Below, in pieces: positions 53,101-61,726 of a stretch of DNA of 64,000 bases. The first letter of the stretch is position 1; each line of letters starts with the position of its first letter. The notes under the pieces were generated by a model. It had not been told where the DNA came from. It did no database searches and was given only the letters and a program-made list of their open reading frames with translations. The position numbers were made by a program, and so were the translations under genes. The DNA is from an uncultured delta proteobacterium (GTDB lineage: Bacteria > Myxococcota_A > Polyangia > Polyangiales > Polyangiaceae): assembly GCA_963782055.1 (NCBI GenBank), contig CAWAIF010000003.1:2656001-2720000 (forward strand), given 5' to 3'.

Positions 53101-53893
53101 CCGGCGGCAGCGCCCTCTGCTTGGTGGAGAGCACCTCGAAGGCGCTCCCGTGGAAGGGGAGCTGCCCGGTGAGCGCCTCGTAGAGCATCGTACCGACGCC
53201 GTACCAGTCCGCCTCCGGGCCGACCGGCGAGGCCTGCGCCTGCTCCGGCGCCATGTACGGGACCGTCCCGGCGATCCCCTGCCCGGAGGTGTGCGGGCTG
53301 ACGTTGGCGTCGATGACCAGCCCGAAGTCCACCAGCACCACGCGCCCCGCGGCGGAGACGAGGACGTTGGTGGGCTTGATGTCGCGGTGCACCTTCCCCG
53401 CCGCGTGCAGCGCGTACAGGCCGCGCGCGAGCTGCGCCAGCGCCCCCCGCAGTCGCTCCTCGCTCAGGGTGCCGGCGCCGTGCGCGCCCGCGCCGACCAT
53501 CGAGTCACGCGGGTCGGAGGCGGCGGGGAGGGTCTCGGCGCCCTGCACCTGGCTCGGGGTGTCGGCGATGCTCTCGCTCACCACGCCCGGTCGCACGTGG
53601 GAGAGGAAGTCGGTCCCCACGACCAGCTCCATCGTGAAAAACCACTGCCCCTGCTCCTCGATCAGCTCTCCGAGAGAGATGAGGTTGTCGTGCTGGATGT
53701 CCGCGAGCGCGCGAAACTCCGACTTGAAGAGCAGCAGCGACGAGGGCTCGATCGCCCGCAGCGTCTTGAGCGCCACGCGCGCGCCGCGCCGGGCGTCGTG
53801 CGCCTCGTACACCACGCCCATCCCGCCGCCGCCGATGCGACGCACCACGCGGAAGCGCGACGTCCCCTCGAACTCCGGCGTGCTCTCGGCCAC
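50114..53893 (-). CDS. Ser/Thr kinase - STAND ATPase - helical repeat protein
   Basis: GGGGMG, VALK, HRDIKPTN and DFG; GESGLGKT; VVIDDLQWAD; YHDRVR. Confidence 0.9.
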   Translation of the reverse strand: MAESTPEFEGTSRFRVVRRIGGGGMGVVYEAHDARRGARVALKTLRAIEPSSLLLFKSEFRALADIQHDNLISLGELIEEQGQWFFTMELVVGTDFLSHVRPGVVSESIADTPSQVQGAETLPAASDPRDSMVGAGAHGAGTLSEERLRGALAQLARGLYALHAAGKVHRDIKPTNVLVSAAGRVVLVDFGLVIDANVSPHTSGQGIAGTVPYMAPEQAQASPVGPEADWYGVGTMLYEALTGQLPFHGSAFEVLSTKQRALPPAPSEVAQGVPADLEALCMDLLAIDPAARPTGAQVLERLGGAGRVSLVPTSSPQDADFVGRELEMAELGRAYEATARGAGVTVYVDGESGLGKTVLVRHFADALARQDGPAPLVLTGRCYERESVPYKAIDGVIDALSRALERMPAADIEAVLPAQPGLLADVFPVLARVRAISQAAQPQLAALDPTERRARVFAALRELFVRLARRSRVVVVIDDLQWADADSLLCLREIMRPPGAPAILLLATVRTTAHAAPPAGPAPSLPQSRLNVGSGAMPGDVRTLHLEPLGAEAARELAERLIRRAFSDASRPPESSAAAIAQEGGGHPLFIDELVRHAAVVSRPPSRLRLDDALWERIAAKAPRARKLLSVLSLARGPLPRDAAARAAGFTDAAELDKDVGALRAEHLVRTTQRRDAVLLETYHDRVRQAVRAHLDEEAPALHETIALALEESDLADFESLAEHWRGAGALDKAGRYAAEAADQALASLAFDRAARLYEWALELAPDDADAGGRTLRLAEALSASGRGAEAADAFLAAADAASAPDEAIELRRRAAHQLLMSGHTESGLAALRDVLTAVGLEIPASRTLAQASLALRRTQLRVFGLGFKERREEDVPRRDLQRIDVCWTVGLGLGLVDTLRGAEFQTRGLLHALSAGEPRRIARALAVEAAYVAAAGDDARERWEELLDRARTVARRVGDPRIDALVLASEGLALYLSGYWLGARRRCEEAARVVRDSCVGATWELATSTLFSLRALSWLGGIARLREEVPERLGDAEARGDLFTTRNLQTGLLNFVWLAGGDPAAARRHIDEATRDAPAGTHKLLQSQEVQARAQADLYDGDAERAYHRVAEAWPGLDRGGLMRIQNERVILDDIRARAAVAYARRQSTRRRELLDDATRHANDVARTGAPWALAIAALLRGCVAHARGEPQRAVASFDQAARDADACDMALHAAVARLRLGKLIGGDEGRAMVTRAREWMSGQAIVEPEAIASVLAP

Positions 53894-53950
53894 GAGCCGC
53901 AGGGTAGCGCGGGCCTCACCCCCCGTCCCCCTTCTCCCTGGGACGCTCTG

Positions 53951-54670
53951 CTACAGGGGGCAGTAGCCGGAGCAGGTGGTCTTGATGCAGCTGAAGATGG
54001 CCAGGCTCGCGTCGTCGTACCCGCCGTCGGCGCCGGCGTTGACGACGTCGGAGCAGTCGGGGGCGCCCACGCAGTCGCCGGCGTCCTTCGCGCAGTTGCC
54101 GATCTCGGTGCGCGGAACCTGCCCGTTGCGGCACGCGGGCACCAGCACGTCCCTGCAATCGTTCACGATGCACTGGCCGCATTGCGTCGCGGTGGAGATC
54201 TTGACGCTCTTGCCGCTGCACCCGGAGTAGGTGATGTCACAGAACTGACACACGCTCTCGCAGGCGCCGCCGACGAGCACCCGGATGTTGCTGGCGTAGG
54301 CGGCCTCGTCGTCGGCGTTGGAGATGGACGCGTCGGACTTGGGGAAGAAGGTGTCGCAGTCGAAGTTGTTGACGCTCGGGTCGGTGGCGCAGCTCTCCAT
54401 GTCGGTGAGGACGTAGGAGTTGGGGTTCTTGCCGCAGAGGTTGTCCGCCATCGTCCCGGCGTTGTCCTCCATGCACTTGCCGCACGCCCCGAGGTTGGTG
54501 AGGATGTCGCGGCAGCCGTTGTTGGTCACCTGCCCGTCGGTGTCGCCCCCATCCGCGCCGTTACCCAGGCCGTTGACCTGCGAGAAGACGTAGAGGCTGC
54601 ACGCGAGCGGGCCGGTGACGGCCATCGACGCCACCGCGAGGCCGAGGATCACGCGAAGGGGGCGCGCCAT
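53951..54670 (-). CDS. Cys-rich putative lipoprotein
   Basis: MARPLRVILGLAVASMAVTGPLAC, with CGKCMEDN, CGQCIVNDC and SCIKTTCSGYC. The start overlaps the upstream stop by 1 nt. Confidence 0.75.
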   Translation of the reverse strand: MARPLRVILGLAVASMAVTGPLACSLYVFSQVNGLGNGADGGDTDGQVTNNGCRDILTNLGACGKCMEDNAGTMADNLCGKNPNSYVLTDMESCATDPSVNNFDCDTFFPKSDASISNADDEAAYASNIRVLVGGACESVCQFCDITYSGCSGKSVKISTATQCGQCIVNDCRDVLVPACRNGQVPRTEIGNCAKDAGDCVGAPDCSDVVNAGADGGYDDASLAIFSCIKTTCSGYCPL

Positions 54671-55668
54671 CAGAAGGTCCCCCCCGCCGAGAGCATCCCG
54701 CCGCCGGGAAGGGGCGCGAGCCCCACCTGCGTGTTCTTGGTCACGTGGACCTTGGGGACGACCAGCCAGCCGACGAAGGAGACGATGCCCACCCCGAGCA
54801 GGATGTCGGTCGCCACGCCGAAGCCGACCGCCGCGCTCTTGCTGCCGGCGCCCTTCGACGTGCAGGTGCCGCCCGTGCACTCCTTCTGCGCGTCCTGGAC
54901 GAAGGCGAAGGCGAAGATGCCGGTGAGCGCCGCGCCGCCGAGCGATGCCAGGCTCACCACGCTCAGTCCCTTGCGGAGCCCGACGTTGGCCGGCTCGGTG
55001 TGGTCGACGACGTCGGGGGTCGCGCTGCCGTCGTCGGTCGTCGCGGTGGCCGCGGACGATCCCGAGGGCACGCGCATCGTCACCTGCCGCTGCTCACCCA
55101 CGCCGAGGTCCACCACCCGCTGCGCGCGCGGATCGCCGTCCACCAGCAGCTGGATGACGTGCCGTCCCGGGTTCACGCGGCGGGGCACCGAGAGCGCCGC
55201 CCGCTTGACCAGCTCCCCGTCCACCGAGACCTGCCCCTCGCCTTGCAGCCGGATGACGAGCTGGGGGATCTTCTGCTCCAGCTCGTCGGCGAGCTGCTGC
55301 GACTGCTCGCGCGCCTTGCGCGCCTCCGCGGACTCGTGCCGGCGCACCGGGAGCGCCACCGCCGCGACGAAGGCAGCCCGCGCCTCCACCAGATCGTTCA
55401 TCGACTGGTAGGTCTTGCCCAGCTCGAAGCCGATGCGCGGGGTGGGCACCAGCGAGTAGGCGGCCTTGAACTTCACGACCGCGGCCTTGGGGTCGTGGCT
55501 CTTGTCGCGCAGGTCGAGGCCCTGCAGGAAGGCGGCGCGGGCGCTCTCCACGTCGGCTGCAGAGGGCTGGCTCTGCGCCAGCGCGGGCGCCGGGCGTCCG
55601 GCCACCAGGGCGAGGGCGAGGGCGCCGAGGGCGAGAGCCCTGCGGGCGGAGCGTGCCGAGCGAGCCAT
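54670..55668 (-). CDS. Secreted TPR + PEGA-like protein with a Gly-rich hydrophobic C-terminus
   Basis: Signal ending ALA, ARAAFLQG...FKAAYSLVPTP, RVNPGRHVI, two hydrophobic segments flanking CTGGTC, and the C-terminus MLSAGGTF. Confidence 0.8.
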   Translation of the reverse strand: MARSARSARRALALGALALALVAGRPAPALAQSQPSAADVESARAAFLQGLDLRDKSHDPKAAVVKFKAAYSLVPTPRIGFELGKTYQSMNDLVEARAAFVAAVALPVRRHESAEARKAREQSQQLADELEQKIPQLVIRLQGEGQVSVDGELVKRAALSVPRRVNPGRHVIQLLVDGDPRAQRVVDLGVGEQRQVTMRVPSGSSAATATTDDGSATPDVVDHTEPANVGLRKGLSVVSLASLGGAALTGIFAFAFVQDAQKECTGGTCTSKGAGSKSAAVGFGVATDILLGVGIVSFVGWLVVPKVHVTKNTQVGLAPLPGGGMLSAGGTF

Positions 55669-55701
55669 CGTGGGCCCCCGTATACCGCAAGAGGTCATCG
55701 T

Positions 55702-57207
55702 TCAAAAGATGTCGGGCTTGGGCTTCGGCGGGGGCGTCGCGGTGTGAACCGGGGGCGTGGTGTGCACCGGCGGCGGAGGCTCGGTCTGCGTGGCCGTGGC
55801 GGTAGGCCGCGGGGCGGTCCCGGTGGCCGTCGCGGTGGCCGTGGTCGTGCCCGTCATGGTCGGGGCGTGCTTCGGCCCCGGATGCGTGGACGTCGCCGTG
55901 GTGGGGGCGCCGTGCAGGGGCGCGAGCGATGCCGTCGGCTGGACAATCGCGGTGGCGGTGGTCGTCACCACGGCCGCGGCGGTCGTCTCGGGAGCCTGCG
56001 AGGCTCCCGCCGCGGCGGCGTGGGAGCCCATGCGCAGCAGGGCGATGCCCACCGCCGCGCCGGCGACGATGGCGAGCGCGCCCACCACGGCGACCAGCGC
56101 CACGCGCGCGCCGCTGCCGCCCGCGGCGCCGCGGGTCCGACCCCAGCTCGACTGCGTGGAGCCCTGCGCCGGGTACGCGGCCACCTGCATCGGGGTTCCG
56201 TACTGGGGCGGGGTGCCGTACGGCGCGGGCGTGACATACGCCGGTCCGACCGCCGTGGCGCCGTACGCCGGCGTGGGCGCGGCGGGCGCGCCGAGCAGGC
56301 GCGAGACGCGCTCCGCCGAGGTGCGCGACTGCGCCGCGGCGAAGGGCGCGAGGGCGACGGCCAGCTCGGCGACGTTGCCGAAGCGGCGCGTCCGGTCCTT
56401 CTCCAGACACCGCAGGACGATGGACTCCACCGCGGGCGGCACGTCCGGCCGCATCCCGCGGAGCGAGGGCGGAGGCTCCTGCAGGATGCGCGCGCACAGC
56501 TCGGTCATCGTCTCCCCGGTGAAGGGGGAGGCGGCGGCCAGGAGCTGGTAGAGCACGATCCCCAGCGCCCACACGTCGGCGCGCGCGTCGACGTCGCGCG
56601 TGGAGACCATCTGCTCCGGCGCCATGTAGAGCGGCGATCCCATGACGGCGGAGGTGCGCGTCATCGCCGCCTCGGTCATCACCCCGCCGGGCGTGACCTT
56701 CGAGATGCCGAAATCCAGGACCTTGACCAGCGGCGAGCCGTCGGCGCGGCGGGTGAGGAAGAGGTTGGACGGCTTCAGGTCGCGGTGGACGATCCCCAGC
56801 GAGTGCGCCTCGCCGATGGCCTCGATCGCCTGGAGCAGGTAGTCGAGCGCCTCGTCGACGGGCAGGGGCCCGCGCGCCTTGAGCACGTCCCCCAGGTCCT
56901 GCCCCTCCAGGTACTCCATGACCATGTAGGGCGCGCCATCCTCCAGCGTGCCGACGTCGGTCACGCGGGCGACGTGCTCGCTCTTGATCTTCACCGCGGC
57001 GCGCGCCTCGCGGGCGAAGCGCGCCACCGTGTCGGCGTTGGACAGCGCCTCCGGCAGCAGGAGCTTGATGGCGACGCGCTCGTCCAGCTGGACGTGCAGC
57101 GCCGAGACGACCAGACCCATCCCCCCCGCGCCGATGACGCGCTCGACGCGGTACTTGCCCGCGAGCACCTGCCCCACGCGCAGCGGCGCCGCCCCCGGCT
57201 GGTTCAC
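55702..57207 (-). CDS. Membrane Ser/Thr protein kinase
   Basis: GAGGMG, VAIK, HRDLKPSN, DFG and APEQ; one TM and a Thr/Pro-rich tail. Confidence 0.92.
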   Translation of the reverse strand: MNQPGAAPLRVGQVLAGKYRVERVIGAGGMGLVVSALHVQLDERVAIKLLLPEALSNADTVARFAREARAAVKIKSEHVARVTDVGTLEDGAPYMVMEYLEGQDLGDVLKARGPLPVDEALDYLLQAIEAIGEAHSLGIVHRDLKPSNLFLTRRADGSPLVKVLDFGISKVTPGGVMTEAAMTRTSAVMGSPLYMAPEQMVSTRDVDARADVWALGIVLYQLLAAASPFTGETMTELCARILQEPPPSLRGMRPDVPPAVESIVLRCLEKDRTRRFGNVAELAVALAPFAAAQSRTSAERVSRLLGAPAAPTPAYGATAVGPAYVTPAPYGTPPQYGTPMQVAAYPAQGSTQSSWGRTRGAAGGSGARVALVAVVGALAIVAGAAVGIALLRMGSHAAAAGASQAPETTAAAVVTTTATAIVQPTASLAPLHGAPTTATSTHPGPKHAPTMTGTTTATATATGTAPRPTATATQTEPPPPVHTTPPVHTATPPPKPKPDIF

Positions 57208-57232
57208 GGGACAGGTCCTTTCGTGTTCGGGC

Positions 57233-59572
57233 TCATGGCATCTGCGGCTGGGTGATCGTCGTCTTGCCCTCGCTGACGGTGACCACCACCGTCTTCTCCA
57301 CGTGGAGGGAAGATACGCGCACCTTGAGCCGGTGCTTCCCCACGGGGACCGACCGAAGGACGATGGGCGTGCTGCCCAAATCGTGCGACCCGTCGAGCAC
57401 CTGGTCGCAGGGGTGCGGGCGGCAGATGATGGTCAGCAGGCCCGTCTTGCCGCTCGTCGCCACCGGTGCCGGCTTCGGCTTCGGCCTGGGCTTCGGCTTG
57501 ACGGTGTGGTGCACCACGCGGGGGTGCGTGAGGTCCAGCTTGGGAATGGTGCGGATGGTGGCGTGCGCCGTGGGAGGCGGCGGCGCGACGGACGCCGTCG
57601 CCGACGCGGTGTCCGGTGAGGCGGTGGACGCGGTGGTCGGGAGCGGAGCGGCCGTGGTCTCGGCCGGGGGCGCGATCTCCGTCGCCGCCGGCGCGCCGGC
57701 CGACGCGCTCGCCGACGCCGCCTCCGGGGCGGCGGACTTCCTGTGCTGCGCCACCACCATGAGCACGAAGAAGAGCAGGACGCCTCCGCCCACACCGAGC
57801 ACGGCCATCCCGAGCACCGACGACTTGCGGCGCCGCCCGGTGGCCTGCGACGTGCTCGCCGGCTGCGGGAAGCCGCCTGCCTGGTCCGGTGACATCGGCG
57901 GATAGCCGGAGTACGGGCCCGCCCCGAAGGGAGAGGGGACCGGCGGGAAGCTGTCGGGCGCGCTCGGGAAGGAGCTTCGAGGCATCCGCGCCGCTGGCTG
58001 CGCGTCTGGAGGCGTGTAGGTCACGTGCGGGCGGGGCGCGACGAAGATGGCGCTCTCGGTCACCGTCTGGTCCCGCTCGCGGGAGAGCGGCGTGAAGAAG
58101 AGGGGACCGCTCTGACCGTGGCCTGTCAGCGTCGGCACCTCGTCGCTGGCGCTCACCGGACGCTGCGCGGTCAGGGTCGGGATCTCGTCGGAGCGCGGCG
58201 GCAGCGGCAGGCCGAGCATCGGCGCGGGGGGCGCGGGCAGGCCGAGCATCGGGGTGGGGGGCGCGGGCACGCCGAGCACCGGGGTGGGCGCCATGACGAG
58301 CCCCGGGCCGGGCGCGGCGAGGGTGACCGTGTCGGTGTGCTCCGGCGGTAAGTCCCGGAGCGTGGGCGCGCCGGGTGGCAGCACCGGAGCGGACGGCGCC
58401 ATCACGGCCGGGCGCTCGGCTGTGGTGCGGTCCTCCTCCTCCTCCCTCTGCACGGCGAAGCTGGGGGGCGCGACGCGCGTCTCCTCCTCCTCCTCCTCGT
58501 CCTCCTCCGGGCGGGGCGCGAGGTTGGGCAGCGCGCGCAGCGAGCCGGACCGTCGGAACACCTCGGTCACGTCGGAGGCGGCCTGCAGGTCCTCCTCCCG
58601 CTCGGCGTAGCAGTCCGCGAAGAGGGTCCGCATGTAGCGCCCCACGTCGTCGACCTGCACCATGATGCCGTGCTGGACGAGCAGCGACTCCAGCTCGCGC
58701 GAGAGCTCCCGCGCCGTCGCGAAGCGCTGCTCCACGCGCCGCGCGAGCGCCTTGCGGATGATGCGGTCCAGCTCGGTGGGCACCTCCGAGACCATCTCCG
58801 CGAGCGGCGGCACCATGCCCGCCTCGATCATCGCGCGCGTCTGATCGTCGGTGTCGCGAGCGAAGAGGCTGCGGCCGGTCACCAGCTCCCAGAGCAGCAC
58901 GCCCAGCGCGAAGACGTCGGCACGGGCGTCGACCGACTCCCCCCAGAGCTGCTCCGGCGCGGCGTACGGGATCTTGCGAGGGTCCAGCACGCCGTGAGCG
59001 CGCGGCTCGAAGGCGCCCTTGATCTTGGCCTTGCCCTCGTAGGTGACCACCACGCTGTGCGGCGCGAGATCGCCGTGCAGAAGGCCGAGGGGCGAGCCGT
59101 CGGGCGCGCGCAGGCCATGCAGGGCGTGCAGCCCCTCCGCCGCGCCGGCGATGATGCGCGCGGCGATGTCCCACGCCGCCGGGGTGTCGGCGAGCTGCAG
59201 CCGCTCGATGATCTCCTGCACCCGCTCGCCGTGCAGGTACTCCATCGCCAGCCACGGCACGCCGTCTTCCTTGCCCACGTCGAAGAGGGCCGCGACGTTG
59301 GGGTGAAGGAGCTTGGCGCCCTCGCGGGCGCGCTCGAAGAAGCCGTCGACGTAGGCGTCGTCTGCCAGGTGGCTGCGGTCCATGCAGCGGATGGCGGCCC
59401 ACCGCTGGAAGCCCTGCGGCCCCTCCAGCCGAGCGAGGTAGATGGGCCCGACGGCGTTGCGCCCCAGCTCGTCCAGCACGTGGTAGCGGCCGAGGAGGCG
59501 GGGCTCGCGGACCCGGGCCCGCGAGCCGGCGCTCGTTGGACGCTTTCCGGGGCTTCGAGAAGACACCGCCAC
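57233..59572 (-). CDS. Membrane pseudokinase with a C-terminal PEGA-like domain
   Basis: Kinase fold with degenerate motifs: GRNAVG, AAIR, HGDLAPHS and no DFG. APEQ and DVFALG are retained. TM, then LGSTPI...VPVGKHRL. Confidence 0.8.
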   Translation of the reverse strand: MAVSSRSPGKRPTSAGSRARVREPRLLGRYHVLDELGRNAVGPIYLARLEGPQGFQRWAAIRCMDRSHLADDAYVDGFFERAREGAKLLHPNVAALFDVGKEDGVPWLAMEYLHGERVQEIIERLQLADTPAAWDIAARIIAGAAEGLHALHGLRAPDGSPLGLLHGDLAPHSVVVTYEGKAKIKGAFEPRAHGVLDPRKIPYAAPEQLWGESVDARADVFALGVLLWELVTGRSLFARDTDDQTRAMIEAGMVPPLAEMVSEVPTELDRIIRKALARRVEQRFATARELSRELESLLVQHGIMVQVDDVGRYMRTLFADCYAEREEDLQAASDVTEVFRRSGSLRALPNLAPRPEEDEEEEEETRVAPPSFAVQREEEEDRTTAERPAVMAPSAPVLPPGAPTLRDLPPEHTDTVTLAAPGPGLVMAPTPVLGVPAPPTPMLGLPAPPAPMLGLPLPPRSDEIPTLTAQRPVSASDEVPTLTGHGQSGPLFFTPLSRERDQTVTESAIFVAPRPHVTYTPPDAQPAARMPRSSFPSAPDSFPPVPSPFGAGPYSGYPPMSPDQAGGFPQPASTSQATGRRRKSSVLGMAVLGVGGGVLLFFVLMVVAQHRKSAAPEAASASASAGAPAATEIAPPAETTAAPLPTTASTASPDTASATASVAPPPPTAHATIRTIPKLDLTHPRVVHHTVKPKPRPKPKPAPVATSGKTGLLTIICRPHPCDQVLDGSHDLGSTPIVLRSVPVGKHRLKVRVSSLHVEKTVVVTVSEGKTTITQPQMP
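58201..58290 (-). repeat. Intragenic 30-bp tandem repeat x3 (PTPMLGLPAP-like)
   Basis: GGCAG/C-GCCGAGCAT/CC-GG recurs at a 30-nt period. Confidence 0.75.
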
Positions 59573-59628
59573 GGCATGAATCCTACACCACGGAGGGATT
59601 TCGCGCCCCCCCGAGGCGCCGCTCCCCG

Positions 59629-61713
59629 CTAGTCCGCCCGGATCAGGGTGCCCACGCCGGTGTCGGTGAAGAGCTCGGCGATCACCGAGTGCGGCACGCG
59701 CCCGTCGATGATGTGGACGCTCTTCACGCCGCCATCGATGGCGCGCAGCCCCGCCTTCACCTTGCTCGCCAGGTTGGCCTCGAACTCGCCCGCCGCCAGC
59801 CGGCGCCGCGCCTCGGAGGCGGTGACCTCGCTCACCAGCTCGCCGCTCTCCAGCAGGCCGGGCACGTCGGTCATGTAGATGAGCTTGTCCGCCTTCACCG
59901 CGACCGCCACCTCCGCGGCGACGGCGTCGGCGTCCACGTGGTAGCCCTCGCCGTCCTCGCCCAGACCGACGGGCGAGATCACCGGCACGTACTTGGAGAG
60001 CACCATCTCCAGCAGCTCCACGTTGACCTGCGTGACGTCGCCCTGCAGGCCGTTGTTGTCTCCCGGAGTCTTGCGCGCGCGGATGAGTCCGGCGTCCTTG
60101 CCGCTCAGGCCGACCGCCGCCGAGCTCGTCTGGTTCAGCAGGGAGACCAGCTCGGTGTTGATCTTGCCGGTGAGCACCATCTCGACGACCTTCAGGTCGC
60201 TCGCGTCGTGCACGTGCACCTCGCCGGGCACGTCGGAGGGGCGGCCGCCGAGGCGCTCCATCGTCCTTGTGATCTCCCGCCCGCCGCCGTGCACGACGAT
60301 CGGGCAGAGACCCGCCGAGCGCAGCAGGTTGACGTCCCCGGCGAAGCTCGCCTTGAGCGAGTCCTTCACCATCGCCCCGCCGCCGTACTTGAGCACCGCG
60401 CGCTTGCCGGAGAAGCGGGCGATGTAGCTGAGCGCCTCCACCAGCAGCGCGCGCTTGAAGCCGGGGCTGTAGTTGGTGAGGCGGTCGTCCTTCTTGACCG
60501 TGCCCTCGTCGTCGGCGGTGATGAGCGAGGTGTAGTCGGCGTTGATCTTGACGTAGTCGTAGGAGAGGTCGCACCCCCACGCGACGGAGGAGGCCTCCCC
60601 CTCGACGAGGTGCACGTCGATCTCGACGCGCACCTCGCGCATGCGCTTGCGGAGGGCCTGCGCGTCGTGTGCCGCGGGCGCGGCCTTCTCGTAGACGACG
60701 ATGCCCTGGATGGAGACCGCGGCGCACGTGGGGTCGATGGCGTAGCCCTGCGACCCGGCGCGAGCGCCCACCGTGGCGAGCACGCGCCCCCAGTTGGGGT
60801 CGGCCCCGAAGAGCGCGGCCTTCACCAGGCTGGACCCGGCGATGCTCCGGGCCAGATCGCGCGCGATGTCCCGGGACGGCGCGCCCGCCACGCGCACCTC
60901 CACCATCTTGGTGGCGCCCTCGCCGTCCTCGGCGATGGACCGGGCCAGCTCGACGCAGAGCGAGGTGAGGGCGTCGCGGAAGGGTGCATAATGCACCGAC
61001 CTCGCGTCGATGCGCGCGCAGCGCGACTCGCCGTTGGCGAGGGCGAAGACGGCGTCGTTGGTGCTCATGTCCCCGTCGACGATGAGGTTGTTGAAGCTCT
61101 CCCCCATGGCGTGCAGGAGCGCCGCCTGGAGCGTCTCGCGATCGATGACGGCGTCGGTGGTGATGAAGGCCAGCATCGTCGCCATCTGGGGGGCGATCAT
61201 CCCGGAGCCCTTGGCGATGGCCGCGACGCGCACCTCCACGCCATCCACGTCCACGGTGCGGCGCGCGATCTTGGGGCGCGTGTCGGTGGTCATGATGGCC
61301 TCCGCCGCGCCCTCCAGCGCGGGGGTGAGGCCGGCGACCAGGTGCGGGGCGGCCGCCGCCAGCTTCTTCACCGGGAGGCGCACGCCGATGACGCCGGTGG
61401 AAGCGGACAGCACGCTCTCGGCGCCGACGCCGAGCGCGCCGGCGAACGCCGCATGGATGGCCTGGACGTCGCGATCGCCCTCCACACCGGTGAGGGCGTT
61501 GGCGTTGCCGCTGTTGACCACCACCGCGCGCACGCCGCTCGCCGGCAGGCGCGAGGCGGCGTCGACCACCGGGGCCGCGCGCGCCTTGTTCACGGTGAAG
61601 CAGCCGGCCGCCTCGCACGGCGTGTCGCTGACGATCAGGGCCATGTCCTTGCGCGCGGCCTTGATGCCGGCGTTGACGCCCGCGAACCGGAAACCTCGAG
61701 GCACGAAGATCAT
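59629..61713 (-). CDS. argJ: ArgJ (ornithine acetyltransferase) - ArgB (acetylglutamate kinase) fusion
   Basis: NSGNANA, STGVIG, KGSGMIAPQMATML, DGDMSTND, DGEGATK and YVKINADY, then VLKYGGGAM, VHGGG, DADAVA and ELFTDTGVGT in one 694-aa frame. Confidence 0.92.
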   Translation of the reverse strand: MIFVPRGFRFAGVNAGIKAARKDMALIVSDTPCEAAGCFTVNKARAAPVVDAASRLPASGVRAVVVNSGNANALTGVEGDRDVQAIHAAFAGALGVGAESVLSASTGVIGVRLPVKKLAAAAPHLVAGLTPALEGAAEAIMTTDTRPKIARRTVDVDGVEVRVAAIAKGSGMIAPQMATMLAFITTDAVIDRETLQAALLHAMGESFNNLIVDGDMSTNDAVFALANGESRCARIDARSVHYAPFRDALTSLCVELARSIAEDGEGATKMVEVRVAGAPSRDIARDLARSIAGSSLVKAALFGADPNWGRVLATVGARAGSQGYAIDPTCAAVSIQGIVVYEKAAPAAHDAQALRKRMREVRVEIDVHLVEGEASSVAWGCDLSYDYVKINADYTSLITADDEGTVKKDDRLTNYSPGFKRALLVEALSYIARFSGKRAVLKYGGGAMVKDSLKASFAGDVNLLRSAGLCPIVVHGGGREITRTMERLGGRPSDVPGEVHVHDASDLKVVEMVLTGKINTELVSLLNQTSSAAVGLSGKDAGLIRARKTPGDNNGLQGDVTQVNVELLEMVLSKYVPVISPVGLGEDGEGYHVDADAVAAEVAVAVKADKLIYMTDVPGLLESGELVSEVTASEARRRLAAGEFEANLASKVKAGLRAIDGGVKSVHIIDGRVPHSVIAELFTDTGVGTLIRAD

Positions 61714-61726
61714 GCGGATGGCCTCA

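Noticed and set aside
59573..61618. 1461-aa ORF-track version of the pseudokinase
   Set aside because: The extension overlaps argJB out of frame. Kinase homology and a TAGGAT element support a start at 59572.
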